64,000 nt of DNA from an uncultured Gemmatimonadales bacterium (GTDB taxonomy: Bacteria; Gemmatimonadota; Gemmatimonadetes; Longimicrobiales; Longimicrobiaceae): NCBI GenBank assembly GCA_963716255.1, contig OY970303.1, forward strand, positions 6,784,001 through 6,848,000, read 5' to 3'. This document shows positions 11,201 to 23,200 of the stretch, in pieces. The notes beneath the pieces are model-generated. The model saw only the letters and a list, made by a program, of their open reading frames with translations. It made no database searches and was not told the origin of the DNA. How positions within the stretch are numbered: the first letter of the stretch is position 1; each line of letters begins with the position of its first letter. The position numbers were made by a program, and so were the translations under genes.

Positions 11201-14200
11201 AGGCGGCCGCGGAGTACGTGGCGCCGCGCACGGCGACGGAGGAGGTGCTGGCGGGGATCTGGGCGGAAGTGCTGGGGGTGGAGCGCGTGGGGGTGACGGC
11301 GAGCTTCTTCGCGCTGGGCGGGCACTCGCTGCTGGCGACGCGGGTGGTCTCGCGGGCGCGGCAGGCCCTGGGGGTGGAGCTGCCGCTGCGGGCGCTTTTC
11401 GAGGCGCCCACCGTGGCGGCGCTGGCGGAGCGGGTGGAGGCGCTGCGGGCCGCGGGCCGGGGCCCGGCGGCGCCGCCGATCGTGCCGGTGCCGCGCGAGG
11501 GATCCGCTCCGCCGCTGTCGTTCGCGCAGCAGCGGCTCTGGCTGGTGGACCGGATCGAGCCGGGGAGCGCCGCCTACAACATGCCCTCCGCGCTGCGCCT
11601 GCGCGGCGCGCTGGACGTGGCCGCGCTGCGGGCCGCCCTGGACGCGCTGGTGCGCCGGCACGAGACGCTGCGCACCACGTTCGCCGAGCGGGGCGGGGTG
11701 CCCGCGCAGGTGATCCACCCGCCCGCCGCGGTGCCGCTGCCGCTGGTGGACCTGCGGGCCCTCCCGGCCGCCGGGCGGGAAGCGCGGGCGGAGCGGCTGG
11801 CCCGCGCCGAGGCCATGCGCCCCTTCGACCTGGCGCGCGGGCCGCTGCTGCGCTGCACGCTTCTGTGCCTCGGCGAGGAGGACCACGTGCTGTGCTTCAC
11901 GCTGCACCACGTGGTCGGCGACGGGTGGAGCATGCAGGTGCTCGTCCGCGAGGTCTCGGCGACGTACGGCGGCTTCGTCCGCGGCGAGCCGGCGAGCCTC
12001 CCCGAGCTGCCGATCCAGTACGCCGACTACGCCGTGTGGCAGCGGGGGTGGCTCTCGGGCGAGACGCTGGAACGGCAGCTGGACTACTGGCGCACGGCGC
12101 TGGCGGACGCGCCGCCGCTGCTGGACCTTCCCACCGACCACCCGCGCCCGCCGCGGATGACGGTGGAGGGTGCGGTCCATGCCTTTTCCATCCCGGCGGA
12201 AGTCGTGGACGCGATGCGGGAACTGTCCCGCCTCGAGGGGGCGACGCTGTTCATGACGTTCCTCGCCGCCTGGAACGTGCTCCTGTCCCGCCGGGCCGGA
12301 CAGGACGACGTGCTGGTCGGCACCCCCATCGCCGGCCGCACCCGGGTGGAGCTGGAGGGGCTGATCGGCTTCTTCGTCAACACCCTGGTGATACGGACCG
12401 ACCTGTCGGACGCGGGACGCCTCCCGTTCCGCGAGCTGCTGGGACGGGTGCGGGAAAGCACGCTGGGCGCCTACCAGCACCAAGAGCTTCCCTTCGAGAA
12501 GCTGGTGGAGGAGCTCCAGCCGGAGCGCTCGCTCCAGCACACCCCCCTCTTCCAGGCGATGTTCGTTCTCCAGAACCTGGAGCGGAGCGAGCTGCGCCTG
12601 GGCGGGCTGGAGACGGCGCCGCTGGCCGGTGGCGGGGACGCCGCCGCGTTCGACCTGGTCCTGACGCTCGCGGAGACCGGGGATGCGATGCACGGGGTGC
12701 TCTCGTACCGGAGCGCTCTCTGGGAAGCGGAAACCGTGGCGCGGATGGGGGAGCAGCTGGGCGTCCTGCTGCGGGGGATCGCGGCGGACCCGTCGCGCCC
12801 CGTCGCCGGGATCCCGCTCCTCCCCGCCGACGAGCGGGCGCAGGTGCTGGAGGGATGGAACCGGACCGGGCGCGACTTTCCGGACGCGCCGGTGCACGAG
12901 CTGTTCGCCGCGCAGGTGGAGCGCGCCCCGGACGCGACTGCGCTCGTCGCCGGAGAGTTGCGCCTGAGCTACGCCGAGCTGGATCGCGAGAGCGACCGGC
13001 TCGCCCACCACCTGCGCCGGCTGGGCGTGGGCGTGGAGTCGCGCGTGGCGATCTGGCTGGAGCGCAGCCCCGAGCTGGTCGTGGCCGGGCTGGCGGTCCT
13101 CAAGGCCGGCGGGGCTTTCGTCCCGCTCGATCCCGCCTACCCCGTCGAGCGCCTGGCCTTCATGCTGGCGGACTCCGGCGCGCGCGTGGTGCTGACCCGC
13201 GAAGCGCTGGCCGGACGCATCCCCGCGCACGAGGCTTCGCTCGTCCTGCTCGACCGGGACCCGATCGCGGCCGCGCCGCAGGAAGCGCCGCGCGTGGAGG
13301 TCCCGCGCGAGGCGACGGCGTACGTGATCTACACCTCCGGGAGCACCGGGCGGCCCAAGGGGGTCGCCGTCCCGCACCGGGGCGTTCCCAACCTGGTGCG
13401 GGTCATGGCCGGGGCGCACCGGCTCACCCCGCGTAGCCGGGTGCTGCAGTTCGCCTCGCCGAGCTTCGACGCGGCGGTCTTCGAGATCTTCTTCACCCTG
13501 GGCACCGGGGCGGCGCTGTACCTGCCGCCGGCCGGGGAAGGCCCGCTGGCGGGGGCCGAGCTGGCGGAGTGGCTGACGGCGCGCGGGATCACGCACCTGA
13601 CGCTGTCGCCCTCGGCGCTGGCGGTCATCCCCGACCAGGCGGCGCTCCCCACGCTGGAAACGCTGATGCTGGCGGGCGAAGCCCTGCCGGCGGCGCTCGC
13701 GGAGCGCTGGGCCCCACGGGTGCCGCGGCTGCTGAACGCGTACGGGCCGACCGAAGCCACGGTCTGCGCCACGATCGGCGACCCGCTCCGGCAGGGACAG
13801 CCAGCCACCATCGGGAGGCCGGTGGCGAACGTGCGGACGTACGTGCTGGACCCGTGGGGCGGGCCGGTGCCGGTGGGCGTGCCCGGAGAGCTGTACGTCG
13901 GCGGCGTGGGGGTGGCGCGCGGCTACGTGAACCGCCCCGGGCTGACGGCGGAGCGGTTCGTTCCGGACGGGTTCGGGAGGGAGGCCGGAGGACGGCTGTA
14001 CCGGACCGGGGACCGGGCGAGGTGGCTGGCATCGGGGGAGCTGGAGTTCCTGGGGCGGGTGGACGACCAGGTGAAGATCCGGGGCTACCGGATCGAGCCG
14101 GGGGAGATCGAGAGCGTGCTGCGCGCGCACCCGGGGGTGCGGGATGCGGTGGCCGTGGCGCGCGAGGACGCGCCGGGCGAGAAGCGGCTGGTGGCCTACG

Positions 14201-17200
14201 TGGTGCCGGAGGAGGGCGAGGAGCTCCCGGCGGCCGGGCTGCGGGCCTCCCTGGCGGCCCGCCTCCCGGAGTACATGGTGCCGGCCGCCTTCGTGGCCCT
14301 GGAGCGGCTGCCGCTCACCGCCAACGGCAAGCTGGACCGGCGGGCGCTGCCGGCACCGGAGCGGGAGACCTCCCCCCACGCCGGGCCCCGCACCGAGGCG
14401 GAGGAGGTGCTGGCGGGGATCTGGGCGGAGGTGCTGCGCCTGGAGAGCGTGGGGACGGGGGAGAACTTCTTCGAGCTGGGCGGGCACTCGCTGCTGGCGA
14501 CGCAGGTGGTCTCGCGGGCGCGGCAGGCGTTCGGGGCGGAGGTGCCGCTCAAGGCGCTCTTCGAGAGCCCCACCGTGGCGGGGCTGGCCGCGCGCATCCA
14601 GGCGCTGCGGGACGCCGGCGCCCCCGCCGCTCCGCCCATCGCGCGCGTCGCGCGGACGGAGCCGCCGCCGCTGTCGTTCGCGCAGCAGCGGCTCTGGCTG
14701 GTGGACCGGATCGAGCCGGGGAGCGCCGCCTACAACATGCCCTCCGCGCTGCGCCTGCGAGGGATGCTGGACGTGGCCGCGCTGCGGGCCGGCCTGGACG
14801 CGCTGGTGCGGCGGCACGAGACGCTGCGCACCGTCTTCGCCGAGCACGGCGGCGAGGCGGTGCAGGTCGTTTGCGCGCCCGCGCCCTCCGCCCTTCCGGT
14901 CGTCGACCTGCGGGCGCTGCCGGAGGCCGAGCTTGCGGCCGGGCGCCTGGCGGCGGAGGAGGCGCTGAGGCCCTTCGACCTGGCGCGGGGCCCGCTCCTG
15001 CGCGGCACGCTGCTGCGCCTGGGCGAGGAGGACCACGTGCTCTGCCTCACGATGCACCACGTCGTGAGCGACGGGTGGAGCATGGACGTGCTGACCCGCG
15101 AGGTCTCCGCGTTCTACGAGGCGTTCAGCCGGGGCGCGGAGCCGCGTCTCCCCGAGCTGCCGGTGCAGTACGCCGACTTCGCCGTCTGGCAGCGCGCCTG
15201 GCTCTCGGGCCCGACGCTGGAAGCGCAGCTCGCCTACTGGCGCGAGCGGCTGGCCGGCGCGCCCGCGTTCCTGGAGCTTCCCACCGACCGGCCCCGCCCG
15301 GCGGCGAAGGGCCACCGCGGCGGGATGCGCGCGCTTCGGATCGGCGCCGCCGCGGCCGGGGAGCTGCGCGCCTTCGGCCGGCGCGAGGACGCGACCCCGT
15401 TCATGACGCTGCTCGCCGCCTTCTCCGTCCTGCTGGCCCGCTGGTCCGGGCAGGCGGACGTGGTCGTGGGCATACCCATCGCGGGGCGCACCCGCCGCGA
15501 GACCGAAGGGCTGATCGGCTTCTTCCTGAACACGCTGGCGCTGCGGACCGACCTGTCCGGCGACCCCACCTTCCGGGAGGTGCTGGGGCGGGTGCGGGAA
15601 ACCACGCTGGGCGCGTACGCCCACCAGGACCTCCCCTTCGAGCGCATCCTGGAGGAGATCCAGCCCCCCCGCAGCCTGGGCCACTCGCCGGTCTTCCAGG
15701 TGATGCTCAACCTGCAGAACCTCAGCGCGGAGGCTCCCGCGGGGCTGGAGGGGCTGCGGACGGAGCGATTCGGAAGTCCGGCGCCGGCGGCCAAGTACGA
15801 CCTGACGCTGTACGCCCTGGAGAGCGACGGGGGAATCGACCTGAGCCTGGTGTACGACGCGGACCTGTTCGAGGACGCGCGCGCCGCCGAGGCGCTCGCC
15901 CAGCTGGGGACGCTGCTCGCGGCAGCCGTGGACGACCCGGAGCAGCGCGTTTCCGCCCTCCCGCTGCTGACGGAGGAGGAGCGGCGGGCCCTCTCCTGCC
16001 GCGCCCGCGGGGTCGGGACGGACCGCGCCTTCGCCGGGTTCGCGCGCGGGGAGATCGAGCAGACCATCCCCGCGCGCTTCGCGGCGCAGGCGCGGCTCCA
16101 CCCGGACCGGCCGGCGGTACGGACGCGGACCACCACGCTCACCTACGCGGAGCTGGACCGCGCGGCCGAGGGCGTGGCGCGGGCGATCCTGCGCCGGCGG
16201 ACGGCCCGGCCGGAGCGGGTCGCGCTCCTCTTCGAGCACGACGCCGCCATGATCGTGGGGATGCTGGGCGTGCTCAAGGCCGGCAAGACCTACGTTCCCA
16301 TCGATCCGCTCTACCCGCGCGAGCGCAGCGCCTACGTGCTGGAGGACTCCGGGGCCGCGGCGCTGGTGACCAACCGCGCCAACCTGGAGCTGGCGCGCGA
16401 GCTGGCCGGGGGACGGATTGCGCTGGTGGACGTGGATTCGGCGCGGGCGGAGGGCCCGTCCGCGTCCACGGAAGCGCGCCGCCCCGCCGCTCCCGGGGAG
16501 CCGGCGTACATCCTCTACACCTCCGGGTCGACCGGGCGGCCCAAGGGCGTGGTGCAGTCGCACCGCAACGTGCTCCACTTCATCCGGGTCTACACCGGCA
16601 ACCTGCGCATCGGGTCCGACGACCGGCTCACGCTGTTCTCGTCGTACACCTTCGACGCGTCGGTGATGGCCATCTACGGAGCCCTTCTCAACGGCGCCAC
16701 CCTGTGTCCGTTCGACTGGAGGGAGGAAGCCGCTTCCGGCGTGGCGGAGTGGATGCGGCGCGAGGGGATCACCCTCTACCATTCCACCCCCACCGTCTTC
16801 CGCCACCTGGCGGCGGAGCTCGCCCCGGGCGAGCGCTTCCCCGCGGCGCGGCTGGTCGTGCTCGGAGGCGAGGAGGCGCAGCGGCGCGACCTCGACGCGT
16901 TCAACCGTCACTTCCCGCCCGGGGCGACACTGGTCAACGGGCTGGGGCCCACCGAGTCCACGGTGACGCTGCAGCACTTCATCGGGCGGGGGGAGGAGCC
17001 GGCGCGCAGCTCCCTGTCCGTGGGGCACCCGGTGGAGGAAACCGACGTGCTCCTGCTCAACGGCGTCGGGGAGCAGGCCGCCGTGTACGGCGTGGGCGAG
17101 ATCGTGATCCGCGGCCCGCACCTGGCGCTGGGGTACTGGGGCTCCCCGGAGCGGACCGCCGCCGCGTTCACGCCGGATCCGGCGGGCGGCCCGCTGCGCT

Positions 17201-20200
17201 GCTACCGCACGGGCGACCTGGGGCGGCGGCTCCCCGGCGGCGGGATCGAGTTCATCGGGCGGAGCGACTTCCAGCTCAAGGTGCGCGGCTTCCGCGTGGA
17301 GCCCGGCGAGGTGGAGGCCGCGCTGCGGGAGCACCCCGCGGTGCGGCAGGCCGCGGCGGCGCCCTGGGAGGACGACCGCGGCGAGCGCCGGCTGGCCGCG
17401 TACTGGGTCCCCGCCGAAGGCGCCGACGCATCCACGGCCGAGCTCCGGGCGTGGATGCGGGAGCGGATCCCCGAGTACATGGTCCCCTCCGCGCTCGTGC
17501 GGCTGGACGCGCTCCCGCTGACCCCCAGCGGCAAGGTCGACCGGCTGGCCCTCCCGGCTCCCGAGCTCCAGCGGAGCCAGGCGGGCCCGGCCCCGTCCAC
17601 CCCCGAGGAGGCCGTGCTGGCGGAGATCTTCGCCGACGTGCTGGGCAGGGACGCGGTGGGGACGGGGGAGGACTTCTTCGAGCTGGGCGGGCACTCGCTG
17701 CGGGCGACGCGGGTGGTCGCGCGCGTGCGGGAGGCGTTCGGGGTGGAGCTGCCGCTCCGGGCGCTCTTCGAGGCGCCCACGGTGGCCGGACTGGCCCGCC
17801 GCGTCGAGGCGGCGGGCGGCGCGCCACGCCCCCCGGGGGGGATGGAGGGCGCTCCCGCAGGGCGCCCGGCAGGCGGGGTCGCGGACCGCCTGGCGCGGCT
17901 CTCCCCGGAGCGCCGCGCCGCCCTGCAGGCGCTGCGGCGGCAGCCGGCCGCCCCGCCGGAGATCCGCCCGCGCGCGGAGGACGGCCCCGCGCCGCTCTCC
18001 TTCGCGCAGCAGCGGCTCTGGTTCCTCCAGCAGATGGAGCCGCGGAGCTGGGCCTACAACCTGGCGTACCCGCTGCGCATCTTCGGTGCGCTCGACGCGC
18101 GGACGCTGCGCCGGGTGCTCGCGGCGGTGGTGCGCCGGCACGAGGCGCTGCGCACCACGCTGGAGGCGCGCGGCGGCGAGCCCGTGCAGGTGGTCCACCC
18201 CGCCGCCCCGGGGGAGATGCCGGTCCTCGACCTGCGCGGTCTCCCCGCGGCGGCGCGGGAGCGGGAGGCGCAGCGGCTGGCGGAGGCGGAGTCGCGCCGC
18301 CCCTTCGACCTGGCGCGCGGGCCGCTGCTGCGCACGACGCTGCTGCGCCTGGGAGACGAGGAGACGGTGGCGCTCTTCACCGTGCACCACGTCGTCAGCG
18401 ACGGCTGGAGCATGGGGATCTTCGTGCGCGAGGTGAGCACGCTCTACGACGCCGTCTCGCGCGGGGCGGAGGCGCACCTCCCCCCGCTGCCCATCCAGTA
18501 CGCCGACTACGCCGCCTGGCAGCGCGCCCGGCTCTCGGGCGAGACGCTGGAGGAGCAGCTCGCCTTCTGGCGCGAGCAGCTGTGGGACGCCCCCCCGCTG
18601 CTGGAGCTGCCCACGGACCGGCCGCGCCCGGCCGTGCTGGACGGGTCCGGGGCCGCCCTCCCGTTCCACGTCCGGCCCGCGGCGGCGCGGGCGCTTCGCG
18701 CGCTCGGCCAGCGCGAGGGGGCGACGCCGTTCATGACGCTGCTGGCGGCGTGGCAGCTCCTGCTGGGGCGCTACGCGGGGACGGAGGACGTGGTGGTGGG
18801 CACGCCCATCGCCGGACGCACGCACGTGGAGCTGGAAGGGCTGATCGGCTTCTTCGTCAACACCCTGGTGCTGCGCACCGGCCTTTCGGGGGAGGCGAGC
18901 TTCCGGGAGCTGCTGGGGCGGGTGCGGGAATCCACGCTGGCCGCGTACCAGCACCAGGAGATCCCCTTCGAGAAGCTGGTCGAGGAGCTGGGGGCCGACC
19001 GCGGCCTGGACCGCACCCCCCTCTTCCAGGTCATGCTCACCTTCCAGAACACCGAGACGGGGGAGCTCGTGCTCGGCGGCCTCCGGCTGGAGCCGTTCGC
19101 GGGCGCGCCGAGCCGGGTGAACGCCGACCTCAGCTTCACGCTCGGAGAGGCGGGCGACGCGCTGACCGGCGCGATGGAGTACCGGACCACGCTCTTCGAT
19201 CCCGGGACCGTCGCCCGGCACCTGGAGCACTTCGGGGTGCTGCTGGAAGAGATCGCCGCGGACCCGGAGCGGGACGTCCGGGAGCTGTCCCTCCTTTCCG
19301 CCGCGGAGCGCAGGAAGGTGGTGGCCGAGTGGAACGACACGGCCGCGCCGCGCTCCGGGCGTCCCGTGCACGAGTCGTTCGACGTACAGGCGGAGCGCAC
19401 GCCGGGCGCGGTGGCCGCCGTCTGCGGCTCCCGGTCCCTCACCTACGCGGAGCTGCGCCGCCGCGCCGACCTCGTCGCCGCGCGGCTGCGCGCCCGGGGG
19501 ATCGGGCGGGGCTCGTACGTCCCCGTGCTCCTGGACCGGGGACTGGACGTGCCCGTGGCCCTGCTGGGGGTGCTCAAGTCCGGGGCGGCCTTCTCGCCGC
19601 TGGACGTCCACTGGCCGCTCGCCCGGATCCGGACGATCCTGGACGACCTGGGGTGCGGGATCGTCCTGGGGAACGACCGCACCCCGTTCCGGGAGGAGGA
19701 GCTGGGGCGGACCCTCCTGCGCGTCGACGTGGAGGACTTTTCCGCCGTTGATCCCGTTCCCGGACGCCTCGACCCGGTGGAGGGCGAGGACCCGATCTAC
19801 GTCATCTACACCTCCGGATCCACCGGGACTCCCAAGGGTGTGGTGGTGCCCCACCGGGGGATCGCCAACCGGTTCCGGTGGATGGACGAGTACTTCGGGA
19901 CCGCGGCCGCGGCGGCCGTGGTGCAGACCACGCGGCACGTGTACGACAGCGCCGTGTGGCAGCTGCTCTGGCCCCTGGTGAACGGGGGGCGGACCGTGCT
20001 CCCCGCCTCGGACGAGGAGCTGGCCGCGGAGCCGCTCGCCGCGCTGGTCCGCGAGCACGGGGTGACGATGACCGACTTCGTCCCCTCGGTCTTCAATACC
20101 CTGGTCCCGCAGCTCGTGGGCGACGAGCGGCTGCGGCGCGGCCTCGCCTCGCTCCGGGTGGTGGTGGTGGGCGGAGAGCAGATCACGCCGGCGACGACGT

Positions 20201-23200
20201 ACGCCTTCCTGGGCTGCTTCCCGGAGGTGCGCGTGGTGAACCTGTACGGCCCCACCGAGGCGAGCATCGGCTGCATCTGCCACCGGGTTACGGGGTCCGA
20301 GGGGGCGCGCATCCCCATCGGACGGCCCATCCGCAACACGCACGCGCTGGTCCTGGACGGACGCAGGGAGCCGGTGCCGGTGGGCGTGCCCGGCGAGCTG
20401 TACCTGTCGGGCGAGTGCCTGGGGCTGGGCTACCTGCACGACGAGGCCCGCACCCGCGAGGTGTTCGTGGACCACCCCTTCCCGGAGCTGGGGTACGCGC
20501 GGGCGTACCGCACGGGGGACCGCGTGCGGTGGCGGGCGGACGGGAACCTGGAGTACCTGGGGCGGGTGGACCAGCAGGTGAAGATCCGGGGCTTCCGCAT
20601 CGAGCCGGGGGAGGTCGAGGCGGCGCTGCGCGGGCACCCGGGGGTGCGGGAGGCCGTGGTGCACGTGCGGGAGGACGAGCCCGGGGAGCGGCGGCTGGTC
20701 GCGTACACGGTCCCGGAGGGCGAGGCCGTGCCGGTTGCCGCGCTGCGGTCGCACCTGCGGGAGCGGCTTCCGGAGTACATGGTGCCGGCGGCGTTCGTTT
20801 CCCTGGAGGCACTGCCACTCACGCCCGGCGGCAAGCTGGACGGTCGGGCGCTGCCCGCGCCGGAGCGGACGGAAGCGGGGGCGTACGTCGCTCCGCGCAC
20901 GCCGGTCCAGGAGGTCCTGGCGGGGATCTGGGCGGAGATCCTGCGCCTGGAGCGCGTGAGCGTGGAGGCGGGCTTCTTCGACCTGGGCGGGCACTCGCTG
21001 CTGGCGACGCGTGTGGTGTCGCGCGTTCGCGAGGCGCTCGGGGTGGAGCTGCCGCTGCGGGCGCTCTTCGAGGCGCCCACCGTGGCCGCGCTGGCCGGGC
21101 GCGTCGAGGCGCTGCGGCGCTCCGGCGCGTCCGCCGCGCCGCCGATCGTGCCGGTGCCGCGGGACGCGCCGCTTCCGCCGTCGTTCGCGCAGCAGCGGCT
21201 CTGGTTCCTCCACCAGATGGAGCCGGCGAGTCCCGCCTACAACATGCCCAATGCGCTCCGGCTGCGGGGCCCGCTGGACGTGGCCGCGCTGCGGGCCGCC
21301 CTCGACGCGCTGGCGCGCCGGCACGAAACGCTGCGCACCACGTTCGCCGAGGTGGCCGGCGCGCCCGTGCAGGTCATCCACCCGCCGGCGCAGGTGGAGC
21401 TCCCGCTCCTCGACCTCCGCGGGGTGCCGCATGCGGAGCGCGAGGCGGAGCGGCTGGCCGCCGCGGAGGCGCTGCGCCCCTTCGACCTGGCGCGCGGGCC
21501 GCTGCTGCGGAGCATGCTGCTGCGCCTGGGCGACGCCGACCACGCGCTGCTGTTCACGCTTCACCACGTGGTCAGCGACGGGTGGAGCATGGACGTGCTG
21601 ACCCGCGAGGTCTCGGCGCTGTACGACGCCTTCTCCCGCGGCGGGGAGCCGCGCCTGCCGGAGCTGCCGGTGCAGTACGCCGACTTCGCCGTCTGGCAGC
21701 GGAGCTGGCTCACGGGCGAGACGCTGGAGGCGCAGCTCGGCTACTGGCGCGGCCGCCTGGCCGGCGCTCCGCCGCTGCTGGAGATCCCCACCGACCGGCC
21801 CCGGGCGGTCGGGCAGGACCCGCGCGCGGCGGCCCACGCCTTCCTCCTCCCGCCCGGCCTGTCGCGGCGGCTGCGGGAGCTGTCCCGCGGGGAGGGGACG
21901 ACGCTGTTCATGACGCTGCTGGCAGGCTGGCAGGCGCTGCTGGGCCGCTGGTCGGGGCAGGACGACGTGGTGGTGGGGACCGCCGTCGCCGGGCGGAGCC
22001 GGCGCGAGACCGAGGGGCTGATCGGCTTCTTCGTCAACCTGCTCGCCCTGCGCGCCGACCTGTCCGGGGACCCCGCCTGGGCCGCCCTGCTGGGGAGGAC
22101 CCGGGAGGCGGCGCTGGGGGCGTACGACCACCAGGAGCTCCCCTTCGACCGGCTGGTGGAGGAGCTGGGCGTGGAGCGCAGCCTCACCCACTCGCCCGTC
22201 TTCCAGACCAACTTCACCCTGGAGCAGTCCGGCGGAGGCGGCGGTGGGCCGGCGCCGGCGGGGCCGGGCCTGGAGCCCTTCGCGGCGGGGACGCGTGCCG
22301 CCAAGTTCGACCTGGACCTGGTGATGGGCGACGCGGGGGAGGCCCTGGCCGGGACGATCGTGTACCGGCCGGCGCTCTTCGACGCCGGCACCGTCGCGCG
22401 CATGGCGGCGCACCTGGCGGCTCTCGTGGAGGCCATGGCGGCCGATCCGCGGAGCCGCGTTTCCGCGGCGCCGCTGCTGGGCGGAGCGGAGCGCGCGCAG
22501 CTGCTGGAAGAGTGGAGCGCCACCTCCGCCGCCGCCCCGCCGGCCTGCTTCCACGAGCTGTTCGCGGAGCAGGCCGCGCGCACGCCGGAAGCCGTCGCCG
22601 TCGTTTCCCCCGGTGCCACCCTTTCCTACGCCGAGCTGGAGCGGGAGGCGAACCGGCTCGCAGGCCACCTGCGGCGCCGCGGCGTCGGCCCGGAAGCGCG
22701 CGTCGCCGTCTGCCTGGAGCGCGGCGCGGACGGGGTCGTCGCCCTGCTGGGCGTGCTCGCGGCCGGCGGCGTCTACGTGCCGCTGGACCCCGCCTACCCC
22801 GCCGAGCGCCTGGCCTACGTGCTCGCCGACTCCGGCGCCCGGCTCCTGCTCACCCGCCGGCCGCTGCTCGACCGTCTCCCCGCCCACGCCGGCGAGACGG
22901 TCTGCCTCGACGCCGACGGCGGGCGCATCGCGGCGGAGAGCGCCCGGGCCCCCGGCGCCGGCGTGCTGCCGGAGAACCTGGCGTACGTCATCTACACCTC
23001 GGGCACCACCGGCCGCCCCAAGGGAGTGCTGGTCCCGCACCGGGGGCTCGCCGCCGTGGCGCGGGCGCAGGCGCGCCAGGCCGGCGTGGGGGCGGGAGAC
23101 CGGCTGCTCCAGTTCGCCTCGCCCGGCTTCGACGCGTCCGTGTCGGAGATGACCATGGCGCTGGCCTCCGGGGCCACCCTCGTGTCGGGGACGCGCGACG

